From: Acidobacteriota bacterium
GTDB taxonomy: Bacteria > Acidobacteriota > UBA6911
DNA: 64,000 nt
Reading direction: 5' to 3'
Assembly (NCBI GenBank): GCA_963664705.1
Contig: OY761556.1
Span: forward strand, 576,001 to 640,000
In this document: piece after piece, positions 1-9,730 of the stretch
Layout: every line of letters begins with the position of its first letter
Position numbering within the stretch: position 1 is the first letter of the stretch
Made by a program: the position numbers and the translations under genes
The notes under the pieces: generated by a model
Seen by the model: only the letters and a program-made list of their open reading frames with translations
The model's database searches: none
Told to the model about the DNA's origin: nothing

Positions 1-1725
1 CTGGGCAAATATCGGTGGAAGACGGATCATTCCGATACCGAGGTGCTGCTGAACGCCTATCAGGAATGGGGGCTGGATTGCGTTAAACGATTTTACGGCA
101 TGTTCGCATTTGCTATTTATGATGCGCGAATTCCGGGCAAGCCGGTTCTCCACCTGGTCCGGGATCGTATCGGAATTAAGCCGCTGTATTTTTCCAAAAC
201 CGCCTCAGGCGAATGGGTGTTTGCCTCCGAGATACGGGCTCTGATGGCCCACCCGGACATTACACCCGAGATGGATCTCACGAGTTTCTGGCACTATCTC
301 ACATTCATCATAACGCCTGCGCCTCTCACGCTCTTTCGCGGTATCTTCAAGCTGCCCGCGGGGTACACGCTGACGATCCGGCATAATGGCGAGGCCTCGG
401 CGAATCAATACTGGGACTGCCGTCCCAGCGCCGAACGAACATTCAGTGAAAGCGAGTTGAGCGAGGATGAGGCCGTGGCCGAATTGACGCGCCTGCTGCG
501 GCTTTCGATCCATCGTCGCATGGTGTCGGACGTCCCCTTTGGTGTACTGCTATCGGGCGGAGTGGATTCCAGTCTGAACGTGGCACTCATGAGCGAGCTC
601 ATGGACCGGCCGGTCAAAACCTTCACGATCGGCTACGAGGGAGAGGAGAACACCAATGAGTTTCGCTACGCCCGCCGTATCAGCGAACGGTATCGGACCG
701 ATCACCACGAGGCGCTGATCAACCACAAAGATGCCCAGGAATTCCTGCCGCTGCTCGTGCGCCTTCAGGACGAACCCATTGCCGACAATGTGTGCATCCC
801 TTTGTATTTCCTGGCCAGGCTCGTACGGCAGAGCGGAACAACCGTAGTTCAGGTGGGAGAGGGGGCGGATGAAAACTTCCTTGGTTACTGGTGGTGCGAG
901 CATTATCGCAAAAAAGAGGTGGATGTCTACAATCCTGCCCGGCAAGGCCGACGCAGCTGGCTCAGTCATCTCTTCGGAAGAAAGGCGGCTAAAATAGCCA
1001 GGAGCCAGGAGGACCAGGATATCTGCACGCGTGCCCAACTTGGCCGGGAATTGTTCTGGGGCGGATCGGTCTGCTGGTGGGGACATCTGCGCGAACAACT
1101 CACTCCGAACAAGGCAGCCTTTGAACAAACCATCGACTGTCCGGTCCCGGGACTGCTTCCCAGTTCTTTTGCCTCCATGGACAGTCATGGCGTTGTCGAT
1201 CATTATCTCGGAAGTTTGACCAACCGCCTCGCTGAGCCCGAAGTCCTTCAGAAGATTCCCTATATGGAACTGAAACTTCGCCTTCCTGAGCACCTGCTGA
1301 TGCGGGTCGACAAACTGACCATGGCCCATTCCATCGAAGCCCGCGTGCCATACCTTGATCACGACGTCGTGGAATTCGCAGCGCGCATACCTCCATCCTA
1401 TAAGTTGAAAAACGGCCTCGGCAAATCCGTGCTGAAAAAGGCGGCCGAACCCTATCTGGACCACGACATGATTTACCGGACCAAACAGGGTTTCGGTGCC
1501 CCGATGGAAAGTTGGTTCCAGGAACCCGAATTCGGACGCAGATGTGTCGCAGCTTTTGAAAAATCGCGCATTCGAAAAGAAGGCTATTTGAACAATGAGT
1601 TCTTTCTCGACATGCTTCGCGGGCAGATGAATGGCCGTGGAGGCTACACGTTTCACCTTTGGACGGTACTCAATGCCGTGCTTTGGCATGAATCGTGGAT
1701 TTCGGGAAACGAGGACTGCTTTTAG
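1..1725 (+). CDS. asnB: Asparagine synthase (glutamine-hydrolysing)-family amidotransferase, 5'-truncated by window edge
   Basis: Frame is open from base 1 (LGKYRWKTDHSDTEVLL). Motifs GMFAFAIYD, RDRIGIKPLY, LLSGGVDSS, GEGADE, RVDKLTMAHSIEARVPYLD, KQGF. Confidence 0.93.
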   Translation: MGKYRWKTDHSDTEVLLNAYQEWGLDCVKRFYGMFAFAIYDARIPGKPVLHLVRDRIGIKPLYFSKTASGEWVFASEIRALMAHPDITPEMDLTSFWHYLTFIITPAPLTLFRGIFKLPAGYTLTIRHNGEASANQYWDCRPSAERTFSESELSEDEAVAELTRLLRLSIHRRMVSDVPFGVLLSGGVDSSLNVALMSELMDRPVKTFTIGYEGEENTNEFRYARRISERYRTDHHEALINHKDAQEFLPLLVRLQDEPIADNVCIPLYFLARLVRQSGTTVVQVGEGADENFLGYWWCEHYRKKEVDVYNPARQGRRSWLSHLFGRKAAKIARSQEDQDICTRAQLGRELFWGGSVCWWGHLREQLTPNKAAFEQTIDCPVPGLLPSSFASMDSHGVVDHYLGSLTNRLAEPEVLQKIPYMELKLRLPEHLLMRVDKLTMAHSIEARVPYLDHDVVEFAARIPPSYKLKNGLGKSVLKKAAEPYLDHDMIYRTKQGFGAPMESWFQEPEFGRRCVAAFEKSRIRKEGYLNNEFFLDMLRGQMNGRGGYTFHLWTVLNAVLWHESWISGNEDCF

Positions 1726-1778
1726 GCCTGCACCTATCGTCCGCAGCACGAATCAGCAAATCAGTGGGGAAAAGGATA

Positions 1779-3899
1779 TCACTGCTCGGCCAGCAGCTTT
1801 TCCCAACCTTCAAGCGGCGAGGCGACTCCTGTAATCTGGGCATTGATATTAACCCGCGGCGCTCCAGCCTCCTTTTGTCCTGGATAGAATACCGTGTTGA
1901 ATGGGAGTGTTTTCCAGCCATCCAGTTCAAAGGAGCGAGCGCTTACGAGCTTTATTCCCGACTGCAGGACCAAGGCAACGTCCAGTGGAGCGTCAGCCGC
2001 GCTATGCGCCAGATATTGGGTGAAAGTTGAATAAAAATATACCTCATCTTGTCCTGAGGGAATGGAGAAGGTAGCGAAAGAGGAAATGGTCGGACGCCGC
2101 ATCCAGAGTTGCAGAACCCCGCCCTGACCATAAGTGCGGATCTTCCAGCAGTAGCCTCGATCCTTCGTCAGAGTGCCCGATGGGAAACTAAGTATTGCCT
2201 TCTGCGGTGTTTTGATACTTTCGTTTGCGGGCACCCCCTTGTCGTAACGGCTTTGAATCTCGCTGAGATAATGCGATCTCACAGCGGTTGAATGCCATCG
2301 AGCCAATTCACGGCAAACCAGGAAAACAGACAAAATCACCGCGAGCACCACAAGCGCCGGCTTCCAATGTCCTTGAATGGATCGGAGTGCGGTGGAGCGA
2401 CCAGTTCCGGTTGAAAGGGAAATAATGGCACAGGCCGCAAAGGCGAACGCAACCGCAGCCGGCAAACACATCGGAGTGAGGTGTTTCTCCATTGGAAGCG
2501 TAACCCAGTAAAGCGCGGTGTAATAAAGCGAGAAGAAGGCCAACAGTAAAGCTTCCAGGCGATGGGGAGAGAAGAGCAATGCACCGGCAAAGGCCGGGAT
2601 AAGGACAATCCAATAAGACTTCATGAACTGTTGAATCAGCTTAAAAAATTCGCGTATCTTTTCCCCGTGGAGTGCGAACTGCTGCGACCCATAGGAATCG
2701 CCGCATCCTTCCCAAATTTTACTTCCCCAGAAGGCCGGGAACCCGTCAATCCAGTTGAACATGTTATACGAAGCTTCATGCCAGAGCATTTGTGCGCTGG
2801 TGCGAGCATATTCGGCATTCAGGTATGGCACGACTTTTCCGGTCCACCTATATACGTTGTTGATCACCGTGCCATCGTCAAAAAACATTTGATAGGAGTT
2901 TTCGTATTCGCCTATATTGGCGCGCGTCTCATCAGCATACACGGCAATGTGCGTAACCCATGCCGGGGAGAACTCCTGCTTCGTGACGATTTGAACCAGC
3001 AAGGAGGTGTAGACAGCGCCGACGCCGACGGCAAAGAGCATGACGGCCAAAATGCCATGCCTCAGGCTTCGGTGTTGACGGCGCAAAACAATAAGCAATC
3101 CCAGAAACGTGAGGCCGGGAATTAGAATGGCATCAGACCGCCACCCATATCCGATGAGAGACAGGACTCCGAGCAAGACATAGGAACTTCCGTTCATCCA
3201 TCGGGATTGGAATCGCCCGGCAATGCAGAGGCAGAAGGTCAGGGCCATAATGGTAAACCATGCCGGATTGGTATCCCGGATGGACCAAACCGTATGTACC
3301 ATTTCGCAAGGCAGGACGGCATAAAGCGTTGCGCCCAAAAGGCCGCACCATTTATTGCCGGTTAAGTGCGCGCAGAGAAAGTAAATGCACAGGCAACAAA
3401 TTGTGCTGACGAGAATGTAGAAGAAGGCGATCACATGCCAGGAGATGCCGAAAATCCGCCAAAGCCAAGATGCCACCCGAAATTCAAATAGCCGGTTTCG
3501 AGCAAAAACGGTCACGGGTTCCGAGGCGGGTTTGGATGCCAGGAATGCCGAGAATTCGCCCGACGTCAACGAATCCTGCTTCAGGTCCAGAAACCGGATC
3601 ACCGGCGCATGGGCTGGGACTTTGCTGTCCAGCGTGATCATCTTCAAACCGGCGCCTCCGGTCAGAGACAATGCGACATTGTAGAGATCCGGGTAAAAGT
3701 GCCTCGACTCAAGAGGCCTGTTGTAATTAACCGTACAGCGGGCACCGAAGTGTACGAGAAGCACCAAAGCCAGCAGAATCGCAATACCATACCGTCGTAA
3801 AGGGCCAGGTGGCGAATCCGGAATGCTTGAACGACTCTCCCGTTTTTGGGGCAAACTCGACTTTGGTGGACGTTTGTGCGCAGACTTGGCCACTACCAT
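1779..3899 (-). CDS. Multi-pass membrane protein, GT-C (ArnT/PMT-like) glycosyltransferase candidate with C-terminal soluble domain
   Basis: 706 aa with many hydrophobic segments. N-terminal TM is followed by a loop (HFYPDLYNVA), then GLLGATLYAVLP...SIRDTNPAWF and GYGWRSD as in GT-C proteins. Last gene of a sugar-biosynthesis operon. Confidence 0.6.
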   Translation of the reverse strand: MVVAKSAHKRPPKSSLPQKRESRSSIPDSPPGPLRRYGIAILLALVLLVHFGARCTVNYNRPLESRHFYPDLYNVALSLTGGAGLKMITLDSKVPAHAPVIRFLDLKQDSLTSGEFSAFLASKPASEPVTVFARNRLFEFRVASWLWRIFGISWHVIAFFYILVSTICCLCIYFLCAHLTGNKWCGLLGATLYAVLPCEMVHTVWSIRDTNPAWFTIMALTFCLCIAGRFQSRWMNGSSYVLLGVLSLIGYGWRSDAILIPGLTFLGLLIVLRRQHRSLRHGILAVMLFAVGVGAVYTSLLVQIVTKQEFSPAWVTHIAVYADETRANIGEYENSYQMFFDDGTVINNVYRWTGKVVPYLNAEYARTSAQMLWHEASYNMFNWIDGFPAFWGSKIWEGCGDSYGSQQFALHGEKIREFFKLIQQFMKSYWIVLIPAFAGALLFSPHRLEALLLAFFSLYYTALYWVTLPMEKHLTPMCLPAAVAFAFAACAIISLSTGTGRSTALRSIQGHWKPALVVLAVILSVFLVCRELARWHSTAVRSHYLSEIQSRYDKGVPANESIKTPQKAILSFPSGTLTKDRGYCWKIRTYGQGGVLQLWMRRPTISSFATFSIPSGQDEVYFYSTFTQYLAHSAADAPLDVALVLQSGIKLVSARSFELDGWKTLPFNTVFYPGQKEAGAPRVNINAQITGVASPLEGWEKLLAEQ

Positions 3900-3918
3900 G
3901 CCTCCGTCAAAATGTCAT

Positions 3919-4821
3919 TTACCGGACACGGCGAAACGCGCCCAGAAGAGATCCCCCGACCGGGAAACGTATCCCCATTCGGATCGCCATGCGTTCAATG
4001 CCCATGATCCAGGCACAAACAGCATTCTGCCACTGCGGCAGTAGGAGTTGTTCAGATACTGCGGTCGAAGCAGGCTTTTTCCTGGCCATCCAGCGCGTAA
4101 CCATCATGACCGGCAGCAACAGGAAAACAAAAGAGGACACCCATACGGGCTCAAGTCCGACACTTTGAGCCTTGTTCAATAGATCGGAGCGAACATATCT
4201 GCGCTGGTGTCCAAGAGCCTTATCGAAATCGCTCCAAAGCCAGGCATGCTGGGGTACCTGAATCACCAGTAGTCCCCCAGGTTTGAGTGCTCGAACGCAG
4301 CCAAGAAGAAATGGGACATCCTCCTCAATATGCTCGAGCACATCAAAAAGGCCAACCAGATCAAACTCTCCATCATAGGGCATGCGAACGGCATCTAGTT
4401 GCAAAAAATCAGCTTCGGGAGCGCGAGCCTTTGCGTATTCCAGCGGTGCCCCATAATACTCAATTCCCGTGCAGGACCATTGGGGGAACTGTTTCACTAC
4501 CTTTCGAATGAACTGGCCAAGCCCACACCCGACCTCGAGAAATCGGATGGATGGCATGCGATCGCGAACATGGGCCTGCCGCATTCCCGTCAGGTTACGT
4601 TTAAATAGCCACAGCAGGAGTTCGTCTCGTCCCCGACTCCAGAAATTCGTATCTACCGCATCCGTAAAACTGGAGAAATTTTCCTCGGGATAGTTGACGG
4701 CTTTTGAAACCGGCCCATGCAGACAAACAACGCCCTGATGCTGGACAGGTTTCCACCCACAGCGAGGACAAAGCCACTCGTCCGAATTATGGGATTGTGA
4801 GCATTGGGGGCAGATTTTCAT
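3919..4821 (-). CDS. Class I SAM-dependent methyltransferase with N-terminal CxxC...CxxC zinc-ribbon
   Basis: FLEVGCGLG, FDVLEHIEED, LKPGG, VPQHAWLWSDFD...HQRRY. N-terminal CPQC...CPRCG. Confidence 0.88.
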   Translation of the reverse strand: MKICPQCSQSHNSDEWLCPRCGWKPVQHQGVVCLHGPVSKAVNYPEENFSSFTDAVDTNFWSRGRDELLLWLFKRNLTGMRQAHVRDRMPSIRFLEVGCGLGQFIRKVVKQFPQWSCTGIEYYGAPLEYAKARAPEADFLQLDAVRMPYDGEFDLVGLFDVLEHIEEDVPFLLGCVRALKPGGLLVIQVPQHAWLWSDFDKALGHQRRYVRSDLLNKAQSVGLEPVWVSSFVFLLLPVMMVTRWMARKKPASTAVSEQLLLPQWQNAVCAWIMGIERMAIRMGIRFPVGGSLLGAFRRVR

Positions 4822-5852
4822 TTTGGCGATTGTGCCGCGGATTCAGAATCCTCGGATGCCCTTCGGGCGGCGGATTGCGCCACAAGGTCTTTCCTATCCA
4901 CGGCATACATCGGCTTCCCCTTGATGTCATCATAAATCCGCCAAAGGTATTCTCCGATCACGCCCAGCATCATCATGATCAGGCCTCCCGTCAAGAGGAT
5001 AACAATCATAAGCGGTGCCCATCCTGGGAATGGGAATTGACCGCGGATAAGCCGGTTTAAAACAATTGTCACTGCATACAGCATTCCCGCCGACGCGGTC
5101 ACAAAACCGGTTGCCGACATCATCCGGATCGGCAGAAAAGAGGAATCCAGGGTCAAATCCAGAAACGACTGCAGTTTCCGTGTGAAGGTATAAGCCGATT
5201 TCCCATGTTTTCTGCGCTTTCGAACATAGGGGAGAAATGCAGTCGGGAAACCCAGCCAAAGAACGTCTCCCTGGAAAAAGCGATGTTGGCCCCTGAATGT
5301 CTTCAAAATTTCCACCGCTCGCCGGCTCATTAGCAAATAATCGAAGCCTCCCCTCGGGATGCGTGGATTGGCGCTCCGGGCAAAGGCATAGGCGATTCTG
5401 CTGAACAAACGGGCAGTCCAGTCATCGTTCCGGCTTTCGCGATACGCGATCACCAGATCGTGGCCGTTTTCCCACTCTGAGACCATTTGCCCCATCAGTT
5501 CAACAGGGTCCTGCAGATCCGCCGAAATCATGATAACGGCATCGCCTTGCGCTGCATCATACCCGGCAAGAATCGCAGAGAGTTGGCCAAAGTTACGGGA
5601 CAGCTTCAACAGGCTTACTTGGTTGGGATATGTAGCACGCAGGCGTTCCAGCACTTCCCATGACTTATCCGGAGATCCATCGTCTATAAATAGGATTTCC
5701 AAACCGTGCTGTGGAAATTGACTCTTCCAGACGGCCAGAATTGCCGAACAGAGCTCTTCAAGGGATTCCACATTTTTATATACCGGCGTGATCACCGATA
5801 CCCATTTTGAGGGCGGAAAAGCTGGCGCTCCGATGGCAATATGCGTATTCAT
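4818..5852 (-). CDS. GT2 polyprenyl-phosphate glycosyltransferase (GtrB/ArnC-like)
   Basis: VSVITPVY, IDDGSPD, SRNFGQ, SADLQDP, two C-terminal TMs ending LGVIGEYLWRIY. Confidence 0.92.
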   Translation of the reverse strand: MNTHIAIGAPAFPPSKWVSVITPVYKNVESLEELCSAILAVWKSQFPQHGLEILFIDDGSPDKSWEVLERLRATYPNQVSLLKLSRNFGQLSAILAGYDAAQGDAVIMISADLQDPVELMGQMVSEWENGHDLVIAYRESRNDDWTARLFSRIAYAFARSANPRIPRGGFDYLLMSRRAVEILKTFRGQHRFFQGDVLWLGFPTAFLPYVRKRRKHGKSAYTFTRKLQSFLDLTLDSSFLPIRMMSATGFVTASAGMLYAVTIVLNRLIRGQFPFPGWAPLMIVILLTGGLIMMMLGVIGEYLWRIYDDIKGKPMYAVDRKDLVAQSAARRASEDSESAAQSPK

Positions 5853-6628
5853 AATGATCTCCCAATTCCTGAGGAGTCAACCGTGGTATCGGAACCTCCC
5901 TTTTCGCAAAGCAGAAAGATGCTGGCGCACAAATCCGGATAATGGTGGCCAAGTTGATAGCAGCCTTCCAGGTATTCCTTGGAAATGATGTCGGTTTTAA
6001 GGAGACGGTCCCACTGAAAGTTGGCAAGCGCCTTAAAAAATATCCCCGTTCGCAAGATTACCTTAAGTCCCGCCGCTTTGGCGTCCCGCTCAAGAGTATC
6101 CAAAGCATAAGTGATCTTGTGCCCGTGCGCGGATTCTGCCGGTGTCACCGCAGCCGGATGCGTTATGAGCCCCATTTTGACCGCGATCTGCCTGGAGGGT
6201 GCGTTGGCATTCGGGCAGACTAGAAAAAGCCGCCCACAATCGGAAAGCCATCGGTCATTTATCTTCTTGAGCAGGGCAACAGGCCGGTCCTGGTGCTCGA
6301 GAACATGTGTCAGAATGACATGGTCGTACTGCACGGGCAAATCTGCATCCTCGAAGCGGGAATGCACAAAACTAATTCTATTTCCCAGCCTCTCTTGGGC
6401 CTCTGCAATCGCATCTCCAGATGCTTCAATGCAGGTAATATCCGCAAAATGGGGGAGTAATCGCGCTGTGAAATCCCCCTTGTAGCTTCCGAGCTCAAGC
6501 AAATTTCCTTTTCGGAAGAAAGGCAGAAAGGATCTCAGCATAAAAGGATGCATGACATCAAAATCAAAATCGTAGGCGTACCTGCTATCTGCCGTATCTT
6601 TGATTTCCTGGTCGTAATCTCTATTCAT
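5849..6628 (-). CDS. Class I SAM-dependent methyltransferase
   Basis: LLELGSYKG, CIEAS, HVLEH, LVCPNA. 4-nt overlaps with both neighbours. Confidence 0.87.
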   Translation of the reverse strand: MNRDYDQEIKDTADSRYAYDFDFDVMHPFMLRSFLPFFRKGNLLELGSYKGDFTARLLPHFADITCIEASGDAIAEAQERLGNRISFVHSRFEDADLPVQYDHVILTHVLEHQDRPVALLKKINDRWLSDCGRLFLVCPNANAPSRQIAVKMGLITHPAAVTPAESAHGHKITYALDTLERDAKAAGLKVILRTGIFFKALANFQWDRLLKTDIISKEYLEGCYQLGHHYPDLCASIFLLCEKGGSDTTVDSSGIGRSL

Positions 6629-8073
6629 TGCCCGGCTTCCCGCGAAATGTCCCGCTTCATGTATAAAGTACCGGCTTTTCGGTCATAGGTTGAAAAGCGG
6701 CGCGTGCTGTACAGGCGAATGGCTCTGGAATTCTCTTCCGATACTTCCAAGCGAATGGTTTTAAAGCCTTGTTCTCCGGCATACTGCACGCATTGATTTA
6801 GCAGCGCGGCAGCAATTCCTTTCCCGGTGCAATCGTCGACAACACTCACGCTGGTGATAAAGCCGAATTCTTTCTCCGGATCATTGAAGTATGCCGCGAT
6901 CAGACCGATCAGCTTTTCCTGGTTCCAGGCTTCAAAGGTGACCGATTTTTCGGCGATCTTCCTGGCATATTCCAAAATATCGACCCGCTGACTTAGTGTT
7001 GGTACAAACTGATCCGCACATTGCCGAAGATGGATGGTTATCTGCTCCTTCGCGGCTGTGTTTATTTTGAGCTCCCAATCACACTCTGGCATCTCCAGTT
7101 CTGCCAGACCGAACCCTTGGCGGCCGAATTCACTGCCGTTATAAAGCAGGAAGATCTTTCCATCGCAACAAAAAACATGCGGGTAGCACAGCATGTCGGC
7201 ATCCCAGTCTCCTTCCGTCGGCTGGATTCCTGCCTCCTCGTCATTCCGTACCCAATGGACAAGATCAGAAGAAGAAGCATGGCCGATACGGTAAGCCCGG
7301 CTTCTGTTCCGTCTAAAGTCGAAGGAATGACGATAGCAGAAAAACATGTGGAATGATCCGCCAAAGTCAATGACGGTGGGCAGGGCTTGGCTTTCATCCT
7401 GCAACCTGTCTGAGATAATCGGCCTGCCTTCACGCTGCCAGTTTATGCCGTCAGGGGATATGGCATGGGCAATCTTATAGATCCGGTCCGGGGCTTGACC
7501 TTCGGCAAATGTTCTCCATTCAGTGCCGTAGATGTACCACATATGAAACAGACCGTCATAAATGCGTACAAAGGGATCCCCGACCAGAAATGGCTCGTGA
7601 ACACTGGAAGCGAGGATAGGCCCATCCTCGAGTTTTTGAAATGTCCATCCGTGATCGAAGCTTTCGGCAAAACCAATTGCCGTGTCTACGGAAACAGATA
7701 CTCTTCGGTTCCAGCCACAGGTATAGCCAAGGATTCTTTCGCCGTGCCGCACAACATTCATCGGGAAAATGCCGTGTTCGTCGAAGCAGCCCAATTTGCC
7801 CAGCGGGATAACCTCGTGGTGGGAGACGCGCAATACATTCCGCAAGGTTTTATCCATATCTACAAATGCGATGTGGCTCAAAACCTTGTCGTTTTTGGGA
7901 TCCTTTTTTCGAGTCGAGAAATAAATCCTCACAAAATCATCGAAGACAAGAGCCTGCGGGGACTGCGCAAACCCGGCGGATTCCTCTCCCGCCAGGTATT
8001 CATTTGGATCGAAGATCTTGCCCAGCTTTTTCCATTTCATCTTTATGCCGGCTCTTAACAATTTTTGAATCAA
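6625..8073 (-). CDS. Glycoside-hydrolase-like five-bladed beta-propeller fused to C-terminal GNAT acetyltransferase
   Basis: N-terminal ~325 aa (WKKLGKIF, FDEHGI, MLCYPHVF, LYNGSEFGRQGFGLA) paralogous to 8070-9023. C-terminal GNAT (FITSVSV...GKGIAAALL, LEVSEENSRAIRLY). Possible start at 8040 (MKWKK). Confidence 0.75.
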   Translation of the reverse strand: MIQKLLRAGIKMKWKKLGKIFDPNEYLAGEESAGFAQSPQALVFDDFVRIYFSTRKKDPKNDKVLSHIAFVDMDKTLRNVLRVSHHEVIPLGKLGCFDEHGIFPMNVVRHGERILGYTCGWNRRVSVSVDTAIGFAESFDHGWTFQKLEDGPILASSVHEPFLVGDPFVRIYDGLFHMWYIYGTEWRTFAEGQAPDRIYKIAHAISPDGINWQREGRPIISDRLQDESQALPTVIDFGGSFHMFFCYRHSFDFRRNRSRAYRIGHASSSDLVHWVRNDEEAGIQPTEGDWDADMLCYPHVFCCDGKIFLLYNGSEFGRQGFGLAELEMPECDWELKINTAAKEQITIHLRQCADQFVPTLSQRVDILEYARKIAEKSVTFEAWNQEKLIGLIAAYFNDPEKEFGFITSVSVVDDCTGKGIAAALLNQCVQYAGEQGFKTIRLEVSEENSRAIRLYSTRRFSTYDRKAGTLYMKRDISREAGQ

Positions 8074-9023
8074 TAGGCCTGGGCGAGTCCGAAGCCATAG
8101 CGACCCACCTGGTTTCCCAGGTACATCATGTATATCTTGCCATCCAGGTGGAATACATGCGGGTAGGCTACCATCTCCGAATCCCAGCCTTCATTGGAGA
8201 CATCGATTCCGGCCAGAGAGTCATTCCGGCTCCAATTCACGAGATCCGGAGAAAAAGCATATCCGATGCGGTAACTTCTATTTTTGTTCCGCCGATAATC
8301 CGTAGGATGACGATAACAAAAAAACATATGATAGGTTCCGTCATGATAGAAAACATCAGGGCTGGCCTGCGCTTCATCCTCTCCCAGTGCGTCAGCGATT
8401 AGGTCTTTATGAAGTTTCGTCCAATGGAATCCGTCTTCGGAAGTAGCCATGCGGATTTTGTATATCGGCTCGGGCCTGCCATCCGGCAGTATCCATTTTC
8501 TTCCGGCAATGTAATACAGGTACCATCGTCCATTGAATTTCCTGATTTTGGGGCCGCTCAATACGAAGGGTTCATCCGGCGAGTAGGACAAAATTGGCCC
8601 AGCGCCGGACTTTTCGAAAGTTTGTCCATTGTCATGGCTGGCGGCACATCCAATTGCCACATTGAACGGGACAGATTCGCAACGAGTCCACCCGCCGTAG
8701 TAAGCCAGTAGCCGATTCCCATCCTGAATTACGGAGATCGGATAGGTGCCAAATTCATCAAAGGTGCCAAACCCACCAAGCTTCAAGACCGGCTGCGCGG
8801 AAATGTCCAGAATCTCAAACAGATTTTCCCGATTTAGATCTATGTACGCGGAATAACTGACGTATTGGCCCTTTTCATCAGGCTTCGGCCGGCAACTGAA
8901 ATATACTCGAACAAAATCATCATGGACCAATGCACAGGGCGCCTGGGCAAATTCATGCATCCAGTCGGCATGCATTGATTCAGCGGGATTGAAGACCCTA
9001 CCTAATTTTCGCCAATTAAACAC
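8070..9023 (-). CDS. Glycoside-hydrolase-like five-bladed beta-propeller protein
   Basis: WRKLGRVF, FDEFGTYP, repeated S.DG..W Asp-box-like motifs, MVAYPHVF, YLGNQVGRYGFGLA. Confidence 0.72.
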   Translation of the reverse strand: MFNWRKLGRVFNPAESMHADWMHEFAQAPCALVHDDFVRVYFSCRPKPDEKGQYVSYSAYIDLNRENLFEILDISAQPVLKLGGFGTFDEFGTYPISVIQDGNRLLAYYGGWTRCESVPFNVAIGCAASHDNGQTFEKSGAGPILSYSPDEPFVLSGPKIRKFNGRWYLYYIAGRKWILPDGRPEPIYKIRMATSEDGFHWTKLHKDLIADALGEDEAQASPDVFYHDGTYHMFFCYRHPTDYRRNKNRSYRIGYAFSPDLVNWSRNDSLAGIDVSNEGWDSEMVAYPHVFHLDGKIYMMYLGNQVGRYGFGLAQAY

Positions 9024-9730
9024 GGTTGGTCCGATGAAACCAATTCAAATTCCGTCAACATGTGTTCCAAAGCTGCCGGACTGTTAAACATCATTACATC
9101 AACGATCGACAACCTGGGAACGAATTCATTTCCCAATTGCGGGTATGCAGATGCCTTGCTGTTCAGAAAAAGCAGCTCAATGCCGGCACTTGCAAAACTG
9201 CTCCCGGAATACAACTCGCGCCCTCCGGATGGGTTGATATATGTATGCGCGCCAAGTTTTTTGCAGATGGCAATGACCTTGTCTTGGGATTTTAGCGAAT
9301 GGTCGATTTCTATATCCGATGAAATGACTATGGGAGTTCGGATGTTCAGATAATTACAGATTTCCTGAATAGAAAAATAGATAAACCGGAATAGATTGAT
9401 CTCAGGGTTCAGCACTGTTTTCTCAAACAAGGCGAGGGTATCCCCGTAATATGGTGCCTTTCTGTACGCCTCGCGTATTTGGTTGAGCAACCTGCCTCGA
9501 CTGAAATCGGGAGCGAGTTCTCTTTGCCTCACATCGAGAAAGTCGGAATCCCCTTTGATTGGTACTGTAAAATCAGCCGCCTGACCTTGCCGGAGGTATC
9601 GGTTCCGATTGATCCAACCTTTTTTTGTGTATTTGATATTGTCGTAGACCACAAACATGTCTGCCGCGCGAAGAAGCTGAAAATACCCAATATACGGAAA
9701 GAAGTAAGGCTGCATAATGGATAACTTCAT
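9002..9730 (-). CDS. WbqC-family protein
   Basis: IMQPYFFPYIGYFQL, WINRNR, YINPSGGRELY, LSIVDVMMFN are typical of WbqC. Confidence 0.92.
   Translation of the reverse strand: MKLSIMQPYFFPYIGYFQLLRAADMFVVYDNIKYTKKGWINRNRYLRQGQAADFTVPIKGDSDFLDVRQRELAPDFSRGRLLNQIREAYRKAPYYGDTLALFEKTVLNPEINLFRFIYFSIQEICNYLNIRTPIVISSDIEIDHSLKSQDKVIAICKKLGAHTYINPSGGRELYSGSSFASAGIELLFLNSKASAYPQLGNEFVPRLSIVDVMMFNSPAALEHMLTEFELVSSDQPCLIGEN

Noticed and set aside
550-1749. 399-aa minus-strand ORF
   Set aside because: Antisense shadow of asnB with no recognisable motifs.
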